DNA of 64,000 bases from Octopus sinensis (lineage: Eukaryota). Position 1 is the stretch's first letter. Each line of letters starts with the position of its first letter. Position numbers and translations under genes: made by a program. Below the pieces are notes generated by a model. That model made no database searches and was not told where the DNA came from. It saw only the letters and a program-made list of their open reading frames with translations. The DNA lies in assembly GCF_006345805.1 (NCBI RefSeq), contig NC_043010.1:39060001-39124000 (forward strand), written 5' to 3'. This document shows positions 13,650-26,333 of the stretch, in pieces.

Positions 13650-13978
13650 ACTCTTTTACTCTTTTACTTGTTTCAGTCATTTGATCGTGGCCATGCTGGA
13701 GCACCACCTTCAGTCGAGCAAATCGACCCCAGGACTTATTCTTTGTAAACCTAGTACTTATTTTATCGGTCTATTTTGTCGAACCGTTAGGTTACGCTAA
13801 GTTACGGTTGTCAAACATATGCACACACATACAAACATATGTATATATATACATATATACAACGGGCTTCTTTCAGTTTCCGTCTACCAAATCCACTCAC
13901 AAGGCTTTGGTCGGCCCGAGGCTAGTAGAAGACACTTGCCCAAGGTTCCACGCAGTGGGACTGAACCCGGAACCATGA
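13650..13978 (-). mobile_element. SINE family A, 5'-clipped
   Basis: TACTCTTTTACTTGTTTCAGTCATTTGA...GACACTTGCCCAAGG...GGGACTGAACCCGGAACCATG. Confidence 0.9.
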
Positions 13979-14520
13979 TACCTATTTTTTTTTATTTGCA
14001 TTGCTCCGAGTGCACCTCCCGAACTATTGCCTGATTGGAGGACAGCAGCACAAACCAACAGTTTTTTACTCAATTCTAAAGGCAATAAACGGCTATTCAT
14101 GTTAGAGTCATAGAACCGCTCGCGCAGATTAAACTGAGGAGACACAAAATAAAGTAAAAAAACTGCGATATCACATCGCCTCCTTACTCAATCGCGAATA
14201 TTATTGAAACACATCGAAAAAAGATTGGAGATGTGTTTCGACGACAAAAATCAAGAGCGATCAGGTATTATGTTCGAATCTTGCCGAACGTAGTGAGTAT
14301 GAATGTTTACATACTATTTTGGATTCTCGTTGTTCTGGAAACATTTCATGAGTTATTTTCTCATTTATGATTTTATTTAACTGTTTCTATTCAAATAGAT
14401 TCAATATTAGATATCATTGACGAAAAGGAAATAGAAAATAGTATAGATAGAGGCCGATTCAATGCATAATGCAATATAAGTTCATTAAAGTTTACTTTTT
14501 TAATTTAGTCGCTATTGTAG

Positions 14521-14903
14521 AAGCACTCCGTCGGTTACGACGATGAGGGTCCCGGTTGATCCGAATCAACGGAACAGCCTGCTCGTGAAATTAACGTGTA
14601 AGTGGCTGAGCACTCCACAGACACGTGCACCCTTAACGTAGTTCTCGGGGATATTCAGCGTGACACAGAGAGTGACAGGGCTGGCCCCTTGAAATACAGG
14701 TACAACAGAAACAGGAAGTAAGAGTGAGAGAAAGTTGTGGTGAAAGGGTACAGCAGGGATCACCACCATTCCCTGCCGGAGCCTCGTGGAGCTTTTAGGT
14801 GTTTTCGCTCAATAAACACTCACAACGCCCGGTCTGGGAATCGAAACCGCGATCCTATGACCGCGAGTCCACTGCCCTAACCACTGGGCCATTGCGCCTC
14901 CAC
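14521..14903 (-). mobile_element. SINE family B (tRNA-Arg-like head), full length, 14-bp TSD
   Basis: Reverse complement of GTGGAGGCGCAATGGCCCAGTGGTTAGGGCAG...CGTCGTAACCGACGGAGTGCTT. Flanked by AGTCGCTATTGTAG (14507-14520) and AGTCGCTATTATAG (14904-14917). Confidence 0.92.
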
Positions 14904-14921
14904 AGTCGCTATTATAGCAGC

Positions 14922-15288
14922 GTGGAGGCGCAATGGCCCAGTGGTTAGGGAATCGGAATCGTGGTCGTAGGATCGCGGTTTCAATTACCAGATCGGGCGT
15001 TGTGATTGTTTATTGAGTGATTGTTTATTAAGCAGGGTGTGGTGGTGAATCCTGCTGTACTTTTTCACAAATCATTTCTCTCACGCTTTCTTCCTGTTTC
15101 TGTTGTATCTGTATTTCAAAGGGTCAGCCTTGTCACAGTCTGTGTCACGCTGAATTTTTCTGAGAACTATGTTAAGGGTACACGTGACTGTGGAGTGCTC
15201 AGCCACTTGCACGTTAATTTCTCGAGCAGGCTGTTCCGTTGATCGGACCATCTGGAACCCTCGTCGTCGTAACCGACAGAGTGCCAGG
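14922..15288 (+). mobile_element. SINE family B, full length, 12-bp TSD
   Basis: GTGGAGGCGCAATGGCCCAGTGG...CGTCGTAACCGACAGAGTGCC. Flanked by TATTATAGCAGC at 14910-14921 and 15289-15300. Confidence 0.92.
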
Positions 15289-15358
15289 TATTATAGCAGC
15301 AGAATAAAATACCGAAGTACATACTCTTAATATATATATATATATTAATAAAGGCCAT

Positions 15359-15528
15359 TAAAGTGAAAGAGGGTACTAATTAGTATTACTATTGCTAGAA
15401 ATAAGAGTCAAAACAACCTCATAAGCCACAAAGCTCTATCTTAATTGGATAATGCTTTGTGTCTTTTGAGTTGTTTTGACTCTTATTTCTAGCAATAGTA
15501 TTACTAATTAGTACCCTCTTTCACTTTA
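15359..15528. repeat. Fold-back palindrome with ~75-bp arms
   Basis: AAAGTGAAAGAGGGTACTAATTAG...CACAAAGC (15360-15434) pairs with 15454-15527 with a few mismatches; 19-nt spacer. Confidence 0.95.
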
Positions 15529-15589
15529 CCTAATTCTGTTTGTTTGCCTTTAGGTTGTTAAATTGCTAATTGGCCACCCATATAATTTG

Positions 15590-15632
<43 letters not shown>

Positions 15633-15691
15633 ATACCTTTGTATCTATGTTTCTCAGTATGTGTCTGTGTATATGTATGTATGTATGTATG

Positions 15692-15762
<71 letters not shown>

Positions 15763-15832
15763 GTATATATACCTTTGTATCTATGTTTCTCAGTATGTGT
15801 CTATGTATATGTATGTATGTATGTATATATAC

Positions 15833-15865
<33 letters not shown>

Positions 15866-16487
15866 TATTACATATATATAAATATATATCTTTGTATTTA
15901 TGATTCTCACACACACACACATATACACACGCACACACATATACACACGCACACACATACAATGAATGAATATATGGAGAGAAAGAGAGTGGCGGAGAGA
16001 CGGACTTGTAAGGAGGATTATCAATTGTGCACAGCGCACATAAGCAGACAAGTAAACAAAAAGACGGCTTTTATCAGATATATTATATAAAGGGGGTTAT
16101 ACAACCATTGATTAAGTAATATCCATTGAGGGAGAGATTTATGAAACAAATATCAATAGCGGGATCTAATTTGCCCACGTATATATAGGTGATTAAATCA
16201 TTTGTAAGCAAGTTCAATTTAGATATATTTATATATTGAATCAAACCGTAGACGCGATAATTTGTGCAGCAGACACAATGAAATCAAGTTAGACTATTGA
16301 TGATGTTTTAGCTTATTGAAACATAGTTAAGAGATATTTTTCGCTAGACCTTGACATTTCAAGTGGTATTCTGTTCGTACAAGCACACTGTGATCTATCT
16401 GTGTACGTATTTGCAAAACTAAAATCAACTTATGATTTATAGCTACGGTGAGTAAAGCAAAGTGAAGGCCTATACAGATGAAAATAC

Positions 16488-16527
<40 letters not shown>

Positions 16528-16761
16528 TATATGCGTGTGTGTGTGCATGTGTAAATGTGTGTGTGTGTGCATCAATATCACACGCACATACACACGCACA
16601 CACACACATATATATATAATACATTAATACTATGTCTTTTCCTTTGTTTAGACGTTTACTTTGTTTTAGCCATCACAACTATAAATCATAAGGTTATGTA
16701 AGTCTGTATGCACGTATGTATATGTGTGTATATGTGAAGGTATATACATATAAACGTTTAA

Positions 16762-16992
16762 GGCGGTGAACTGGCAGAAACGTTAGCACGCTGGGCGAAA
16801 TGCTTAGTGGTATTTCGTCTGTCGTTACGTTGTGAGTTCAAATTCCGCCGAGGTCGACTTTGCCTTTCGTCATTTCGGGGTCGATAAATTAAGTACCAGC
16901 TACTCACTGGGGTCGATGTAATCGACTTAATACCTATGTCTGTCCTTGTTTGTCCCCTCTATGTTTAGCCCCTTGTGGGTAGTAAAGAAATA
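16762..16992 (+). mobile_element. SINE family C, full length (long-tail form)
   Basis: GGCGGTGAACTGGCAGAAACGTTAG (box A), GAGTTCAAATTCC (box B), GTCGACTTTGCCTTTC...GGGGTCGAT..., ending GTAGTAAAGAAATA. Confidence 0.9.
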
Positions 16993-17013
16993 TGTATATA
17001 CATACACACATAC

Positions 17014-17081
<68 letters not shown>

Positions 17082-17097
17082 TAATAATAATAATAAT

Positions 17098-17345
17098 GAA
17101 TTTGACAAGGTCAATAAATGTAAAGACTTGCTAATAGAAATTGAAAACATGTGGCATCTCAAGGTGACTACGGTACCAGTGATTGTAAGAACTCTGGGGA
17201 TGATAAAAAAACAGGTACTGAAATCCATTGCGAAATGATACCAGGCTTACCATCCCTACAGGAATTGCAAAAAATCGTGTTAACTGGAACGACTCATGTA
17301 CTGAGAAGAGCATTGTCGCTGTGAAAACAACATCCATTCAGGACT
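17098..17345 (+). mobile_element. 3' end of an R4/Dong-clade (RLE) LINE, 5'-truncated, next to (AAT)n
   Basis: EFDKVNKCKDLLIEIENMWHLKVTTVPVIVRTLGMIKK, frameshift, then EMIPGLPSLQELQKIVLTGTTHVLRRALSL*. This is the typical R4/Dong RLE C-terminus. It directly follows an (AAT)n tract at 17012-17097. Confidence 0.82.
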
Positions 17346-17539
17346 TCATTTATTTATTTATTTATTTTTTTAATACATATTTTACCTGTGAATTTGCGCG
17401 TGTAATCTGGGAATGCATACAATGAGCTTCTCTGCCCTGAGTGTACGGAAAACACTCGGCGACAAACGGAAGAAAATTTGATGAATGAAGGAAAATAATA
17501 ATAATAATGATAACAACAACAACAACAATAATAATAATA

Positions 17540-17700
17540 TTGGGGAATATTATTCCAAACGTTAGATATGTTACAACTATTATTGTAGGCTTTCCATTTA
17601 ATCGTAGTAATAAAATCTTTAATATTATTAATAAGTTTTAAAATATATTCCTTTCTAGATGCTATAGGAATATCATTCAAAGATGAATTCCAAAGTAGCA
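17540..17700 (-). mobile_element. Possible Penelope-like element ORF N-terminal fragment
   Basis: NDIPIASRKEYILKLINNIKDFITTIKWKAY resembles the KNIPIPS...LI.K...FI.R.RWKA region found upstream of Penelope RTs (recognised by eye). Confidence 0.5.
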
Positions 17701-17721
17701 GTTCTGCTTTACCTGTAAGAT

Positions 17722-18271
17722 AATCATTTACTGGTTTCAGTCAGTAGACTGCGGCCATACTGGAGCACCACCTTGGAGAAGTTATATTCTAACGAATCGA
17801 CCCCGGTGCGTATTTTCTAAAGCCTGGTACGCATTCTATCGGTCTCTTTTGCTGAACTTCAAATTTACGGTGGACCTTACTTTCGAACGGCCAGCCTTGT
17901 CACATTTCGCTGAATCTCCCGAGAACTCCATTAGGCATACACGTTTTTCGGGAATGCCCAGCAACGTTCACGTATAATTTTAGAGGTGACAGTTCCGTTG
18001 ATCGGATCTACTTGAATATTCATCTGGAAAAAAACTCAGAAGCTAAAAGTTGCCCGTTGTACACACCATAGGTTTGTAAGTTAATGTCAGAACTAAAGTA
18101 AGACAAATGTTATAATCTCAATGATCACACATTCATTCAATGTAATTAACGTATGTAATACATGTTGGCGCAGGAGTGGCACCTTGGGTATATCTTTTCT
18201 ACCATTGCCTCGGGCCGACCACATCCTTCTGAATATGGATTTGGTTAACGGAAACTGAAAGTAACCCGTCT

Positions 18272-18317
<46 letters not shown>

Positions 18318-18470
18318 ATATATATTATATATATATATATACACATATATATATTTATATATATATATATATTATTTGTATGTATCTGCGTGTGTATGTG
18401 TCCTGTGCTACAGCTTGGCAGCTGGTGTTGGTATATTCCAGTATCCGTTACACAGCGGTTCGGTCAAAGG
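17722..18470. mobile_element. Cluster of SINE fragments: A tail (-, 17722-17857), B body (+, 17889-18025), A with head deletion (+, 18167-18470)
   Basis: Matches to the family A tail (TTTCAGTCAGTAGACTGCGGCCATACTGGAGCACC), the family B body (GGCCAGCCTTGTCAC...GTTCCGTTGATCGG), and family A GGCGCAGGAGTGGC joined directly to ACCTTGGG. Confidence 0.75.
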
Positions 18471-18801
18471 GTCCATACAAACTACAACAACAACAACAAC
18501 AACAACAACAGAATAGCTTCATTCGATTAAAGAATTTTACAACCTCGCAACCGCGGACCGGTTTCTGGGTTATTGCACTTTATCAATAAAGTAGCTTGGC
18601 CGGCTACATGTCGCTACTGAACTGGTGCCGAGAATATATAGATTTCAAAGTGACACACAGACACTGATCTAGACTGATCTAATATTTATTATATATATAT
18701 ATATCGAAAAGGGTATTCAATCCAACATTTCTATGCTGTAATATACAGCTTTATGTTGTGTGCCTTGAAATACAAGATATGTACATATACACACGCACAT
18801 A

Positions 18802-19300
18802 CGGTGCGGTGAATAAATTGTCGTCTAACTTACGCAAAAATGAAGTTATCATAGACATCTCATTTTAACAGAGATATTTATCAAAATTTCATAAATATAT
18901 CTTGAAATACTAAAGAGTAAATTTATTCAGTAAAATCGCCATCGCCATTGGTTTCAAGCATGGCCTCCAGACAACTTTAGAATCTCCTGCAACTCTTCTG
19001 GACGGTCTCCTTGCTTAAGTTGGTGAACGCTGTCACAATTCTTGCTGTTAGTCCATTTTTAGAGTTTGGTGGTTTCTCGCTCAACTGCGCCCCACACATA
19101 ATAATGAAGGCGTTTGCTGTCTGGGGACTTAATTAGCCATATGTTAGGGGTGGTATAGTCGCAGGAATTATCTGACACCCATGACTGGCTTCTTCTGCTT
19201 GTGTGGCATGATGCAGAGTCCTATTGCAAGACATATAGTCTTCTAGTATTCGCCCTTTTGACATACAAGGAAACTGAACGAACACAAATATAGAGGGTCG
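18802..19300 (-). mobile_element. maT/DD37D-type Tc1/mariner transposon, 3' fragment
   Basis: Minus-strand frame YVLQ*DSASCHTSRRSQSWVSDNSCDYTTPNIWLIKSPDSKRLHYYVWGAVERE has 37 residues between the second D and the third catalytic position (now H). The putative TIR end abuts TA at 18800-18801. Confidence 0.8.
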
Positions 19301-19398
19301 TTATACAAGAACGAGAGGAAAATATTGAACGCTGGGAGGAACATGCTTTTAAAAGAGAAAGGGTAGGAGAGAGAAAGAAACACTTTTGCTCTTTTGAA

Positions 19399-20080
<682 letters not shown>

Positions 20081-22992
20081 ACACGGACGTTTAAAAGAAC
20101 GGACGTGTTTTTTCTCTCTGAGAGAGCGAGCGAGAGAGAGAGAACGAGAATTAGAGATAGACATTCATAGAAATAGACACATATGCATATGTATGTGTGT
20201 GTGTATATATATGAACATATCCACGTATATCAGCTTATGTTGCAAGAACTTTCATTTTGGATGTCACATTCAGCTCGCACCCGACGTATTACCATATATT
20301 GGGTACAGCATGCCCTAATTTTAAAGAATTTATTTCGTAGTCCCATGGTCTCTGATGCCCTTCTGTAGTATCTTGGGCAGGTGACTTTCAGTATTGCTTC
20401 ATGTCAACACAAACATGTGTGTTAAAATTGATGAGTTGTAAAACTGTACGGAAGCCTATTGGATAAATTATACCTGTAATACAATAATTTGGCCTTGGCA
20501 CAAAATGTGTCCCGCAGATTCTGCCTGAGGATTAAGAGTGCACCTGTTCGTGGAATAGTCAATCCTTCAGTAAGCTGTTAATCTTATTCATAGAACAACT
20601 GTTTCCTCAATGTCGAACCATTGGCGATGGCATTATTACTATAATAGAAAAAGATTATAAAAAAAAAATGAGCGAGTAACTAAAAGGTGTATCCGGATTT
20701 GATTCCCGTTTAAAATATGTTCATTTTTTTTATAAAGCATGTGGCCGTCCATTGCAATTTTCCATATTTTCGGTAAAATATAGCAAATAAGTATAAATAT
20801 GAATGAGATTTATGGGGAAAAAAACAAACGTCTTCACAAAAATAGGAGATAAAAATATTCAGCAAAAAGAAAAAAAAAGAAGTAGTAAGGTTAATGACTT
20901 CATTATTCCAATATTTCTTACCCGAATATTTCAGAATTAAATATTTAGCAATAGATGTTGGGAACTTCTAAAAGAACTTCCATACTCCTGAGTGAAAGCA
21001 TCAGTAACATTGATTGATAGAGCGTGTTGCATTGGATATTTCAAAATTTTCAATGGAGACACGTAGACATTTACTATCCATTATCTCTGAAGGCAGACAG
21101 ACATATATGCAAATTATAGATTTCCGGGCGAACGTTAAAACGTACGTGGTTTAACGATTCGTATTTACTTCATTCTCACAGGGTTTTGGACAAATACTAT
21201 CGACAGATTTAATGTGCTTTCTAGAAGTTCATGCCTTTGAATAAAAACGTATTGTGAGACTGGGGACATTTCTATTGATGCAAATTTTGCTTATAGAAAC
21301 AGCAATTGCTTCTCCATGAGAATATATTGTTTATATCACAACATAGAAAGTGTTATTAACCCTTTCTGCTTGACAATACATGAATCAAAATAAGTCTTTG
21401 ACAGAATTTGTCGATTTTCTTGCGAAAAATGAATGTGAACAACAAACAAAAAAAATCTCAAAGATATAATCTTCAAAGAAACACAGCTTATATTATCATA
21501 ATTGGTTGAATTGGACGAAATTTGCGAGGAACTTAGAAACGAAAGTGTGCCAATGGCGGGTTTTATATCCATTTGACGGAGCTGAACATGTAAACCTCAT
21601 CGGATTATTTATTCTGTCGTATTCACGAACGGGCGCATGATTAGCATTCCTCAGAGGCCGTGTCGTAGGAATTAAAGCAAAAAAACGAAAGTTTACTGCA
21701 TGGAATAGATAACAGATAACTTTCAGGCTGCTTGATTTTAACTTAAATTTGACATTCAATCAAAATACACTCAAATATTTTATCCTAAATTCTGAATTTA
21801 TCTCAGACTGTCTTAGAACATAAAGCCATAATCTATGGTATCCACATTCGATTCCTTTTTCTACGTAACTTTGGCAACTTTCATCTGTTATTTCAAGTCA
21901 TTTCTAAACCTTTAGCGCGCCGCTGTCAGAATTAGTGGACGCAAGAATGTTCTCCCTTATAGCTGCAGGCGCCAGCTTTGTGTCGCCTTGAGAGGGCTAT
22001 TTCAAGCTTCGCAATTCAAAATCTACTTACCATTCAAAATAGCGCAAAACGCCCGTTTTCGGATGCCTTTTGCATTGTGATGCAATCGCCAAGAGTGAAT
22101 TTTATATAAAATCTAATAATAAGTAACCTTCATAACGCGAGACAATGTCTTCAGTTGGGACTAAAGCGTCTGAAGTAGCGTGCGAAATTTTAGGTCTACA
22201 ACACATACGGCATATCAGATGTTGTCGCTCTCTCTCTCCATATATACATGCGCACAGACACACACACACACACACATATATATGTATGTATATATGTATG
22301 TATGTGTGTGTGTGTGTGTGTGGTAATATAAGTAACTTAGGGAAGTCGATATAGAAAAAATATTAAATACATTTAATACAAAAAATATACATATGTTTGC
22401 TTATAAAAAGATCCGAGTTAGACAGAATAGAAATGATATCAGGAATTAAAGAAGCTGAATTAAATGAAATAAAACTCTTATTCAAACCCCTTCAATTACG
22501 TAGCTGTGAGTCGTTTTATTATAACCCAGTTTCTCGTGTAGACGAGTGGGGAACAACAACTACCAAAATGTATTCCAGTCGAAATAAGCAAAACGAAGAT
22601 TAGAAAACGAGGTACATTTTGATGTGTCACCTGTGATGCACTACAACTGTTTGCACACCATCTTACTCTCAAGGCACCGGTGCACGTTTGGCCGAAATGG
22701 TCGTAGTGAATAATAAAGAGTTTTGTAAATTCCATTTTCTTTCTCTCATATTTTTTTTATTCTCTACAGACTCGAAGCAACTCCTGATGTAAATAAAATA
22801 ACATTTAAAGCCATATTGTTGATGACATCAGGTAGCCTAATACAGTGGATGGGATTTAAACGGTATACTACAATCTGCATGCCCAAATTTTAAAATACCA
22901 CACACACACACATATATATATACATATATACACACACACAAACACACACTCACACACACACACACACATATACATACATACATACATTCATA

Positions 22993-23040
<48 letters not shown>

Positions 23041-23092
23041 TATATATATAAATAAATATAAAAGAGTTTGTATGATTGTGTATAGGGGGATG

Positions 23093-23407
23093 TATATTAT
23101 TCAAAGGAATTCCAACTCTGTTTTTTATGTTTTATTTATATTCTTTATAATATTAACGTAGGATATAGAATATATAGTATATATAGTATTTGTAGTAAAA
23201 TAAAATGAGGTATTGATTGCCTTATTGAATAGAAGAAATATTAAATTTTAAGTATTAAGGGACTAGTACTCTTTCGTGCATTTAAACAGTCTTCAGGGTC
23301 CCAGGTCGTGACAGGAATGTTTCAAATGCTTCACAGTTGAAACATTTGAAACTATATAAATAAAACATAAAAAAATTGACAGTGTTGGAATTCCTTCGAA
23401 TAATATA
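23093..23407. repeat. Fold-back with ~50-bp arms and a degenerate hammerhead-like motif in the spacer
   Basis: TATATTATTCAAAGGAATTCCAAC...TTTATTTATA (23093-23140) is the reverse complement of 23355-23407. The minus strand at 23259-23302 has CUGAAGA...GAAA with flanking GGGAC/GUCCC. Confidence 0.75.
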
Positions 23408-24458
23408 ATATATATATATATTTATATATATATTCTTTCACTGTAACTTACTAAATAATAACAAATAACACACTGGACGCCATTATCATTAATTTCTATG
23501 ACACAAAAGTGCAGCCGTGTACTGAAGCTATTTTCACAATGGTTTCCGAGTTGCTGCTTTACGCAATAAAAAAAACGCCTTTAATACATTTAATGTATTT
23601 TTATTGCATTTGTGAGAGATTTAAAAATTTGCAATAAACATTACTTGATTAGATTTCCATGCATTTAGTATTCTGTTTGAATTCACATTTAAAATGAATT
23701 ATCAAGTATGTAACGTAAGTTCGTGAAGTTCAGTGAAAATATTTCATGTAAAACCCAGCAGGCTGTATATTTCATGCGAAATAAATTCCTTTGCTTAAGC
23801 AATGTTTGAAGTATTCTGTTATTTATGAGGACCCATGAGCAATTACACACGAACATAATCTTGCCTACATCACTACACCGGAACTTTTTATATTGTTCTC
23901 ACTCTCTCTGTTTTTTTTTGGGGGGGGATGGTTATACGTAAAAAAAAGGAACGAACACACATACGCGTACAAAGACACACATGCGTAACATATATATGTG
24001 TATGTGTTTCTGAGTTTCGGTTTGTGAGTGCGTGTGTGTATGTCTGTGAGTGTGTGTGTGTGTGCATGAGTAAGAGTGTGTGTTTGTGAGTGTATGCGTG
24101 CGAGTGTAGGAGCGTATGTGTTTGTGTGTGCCAGTGTGCTTTTATAAAGGGATGTGTATATACATAGATGTGTATGCATTTATCACTAGAACATGTAAAC
24201 AAATGTAAATATATTTAAAGGAAAATGTGCCAATACCTACCTCTCTTCTCTCTCGCTTCTTTCTCTATCCTCTCTCTCTCTCTCTCTCTCTCTAAAGATG
24301 TGTGTTTACATGTGCCTTTGTGTGTGTGTGTATGCACAGATATTAATATTTGTATGATCTATGCATATATATATAAAACCGCATACATTCAAACACACAC
24401 ATACACGCACGCATATATGTCCTTATATACATACATATATATGTATATATATATATAT

Positions 24459-24494
<36 letters not shown>

Positions 24495-24497
24495 ATG

Positions 24498-24560
<63 letters not shown>

Positions 24561-24587
24561 ATATAATATTATATATTATATATATAT

Positions 24588-24639
<52 letters not shown>

Positions 24640-24761
24640 ATATAGATATATATATATATATATATATATATAGTATATATTATATATATATATATATATT
24701 ATATATATATATATATACATCCATACATTTCAGTTTCGGTCAACCAATCCACATATATGTA

Positions 24762-24971
24762 AGCGTGGCTCTGTGGTAAGAAGCTTGCTTACCAAACACA
24801 TGGTTGCGGGTTCAGCCGCACTACGTGGTACTTTTGGGAAAATGTGTTCTAGTATAATCTCGGGCCGACTAAAAGTTTTGTCAGTGGATTTGGTTGACCG
24901 AAACTGAAAGAAGAAGCCTGTCGTATATATAATATATATAGATATATATATATAATTATATATATATATAG

Positions 24972-25002
<31 letters not shown>

Positions 25003-25159
25003 TATATATATATATATTATATATATATATATCTATATATATATATATATATATAGTATATATATATATAATATATATATATGTATATATGTATGGATGT
25101 ATATATATATATATGTATATATGTATGGATGTATATATATATATATGTATATATGTATG

Positions 25160-25234
<75 letters not shown>

Positions 25235-25261
25235 ATATAATATTATATATTATATATATAT

Positions 25262-25313
<52 letters not shown>

Positions 25314-25353
25314 ATATAGATATATATATATATATATATATATATAGTATATA

Positions 25354-25395
<42 letters not shown>

Positions 25396-25575
25396 GTGTG
25401 TGTGTATCCATCTGTGTGTCTCTTTGTGTCTTTGTCTGTCTCCCATCACTGCTTGACAACCGGTCTAGGCGTGTTTATTTCCCTGTAACTTACGGTTCAG
25501 CAAAAAGACAGATAGAATAAGTACTAGACTTTAAAAAAAAAATTAAATTCCTGGGGTCGATTCATGCGAGAAATC
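24762..25575 (+). mobile_element. SINE family A with its internal (TA)n expanded to ~470 bp
   Basis: 5' half 24762-24925 (GCGTGGCTCTGTGGTAAG...GAAACTGAAAG), interrupted TA array, 3' half from ~25390 (GCTTGACAACCGG...CCTGGGGTCGAT). Confidence 0.85.
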
Positions 25576-25836
25576 AGTCGTTACCACGAAAAGCGCCTGT
25601 GGTGGATTCGGATAGTAGAGCACAATTGTTATCCAATACAGATGAAGTATGACAGGAGACTATATTTATTTCACCACTTGTCATCTTTGGGGTCACAGGT
25701 GTTTCCCTACATTTATTATGTAGTAATATTTTCAGTGATATTAAGTTGCTATCAATTCAAGCTTCATTAATATAGCGATGTATATATGTACATATATATA
25801 TATAAGAATATGAATGAATCTGTGTACGCGTTTTTG

Positions 25837-26333
25837 TAAATATGTAGTTGTTGTTATGAAGTGCTTTATCGTTGTTTGTCGATTAGTGATCAAATTTCTT
25901 TTTAAAAAATTTCACAAATTTATTCTGTAATAATTTTCCACGAAAGGGACCCACTACTCATTAAATAGGCATTCATTAAGTTTTCTTTTGTATTTCTTTT
26001 GTTAGGCGGCGAGCTAGCAAAATCATTAATACATCGGACAAAACGCTTAACCTCATTTTATCCGTCTTTGCTTTCTGAGTTCGTAAACCATAAATATGTA
26101 GTTGTTGTTATGAAGTGCTTTATCGTTGTTTGTCAATTAGTGATCAAATTTCTTTGTAAAAAATTTCCCAAATTTATTCTGTAATAATTTTCCACGAAAG
26201 GGACCCGCTACTCGTTAAATAGGCATTCATTAAGTTTTCTTTTGTTAGGCGGCGAGCTAGCAAAATCATTAATACATCGGACAAAACGCTTAACCTCATT
26301 CCACCCGTCTTTGCTTTCTGAGTTCGTAAACCA
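25837..26333. repeat. Tandem duplication, 254 bp + 243 bp, carrying half of a family C SINE
   Basis: TAAATATGTAGTTGTTGTTATGAAGTGC starts at 25837 and 26091. Copy 2 lacks 11 bp and continues into the rest of the SINE. Confidence 0.95.

Noticed and set aside
14135-14240. CTGAGGA...GAAACACATC/GATGTGTTTC as a hammerhead
   Set aside because: A 7-bp stem III is possible, but neither stem I nor stem II can form.
14922-14995. SINE heads as tRNA genes
   Set aside because: They have box A/B but no complete cloverleaf or acceptor stem, and they continue into SINE bodies with TSDs.
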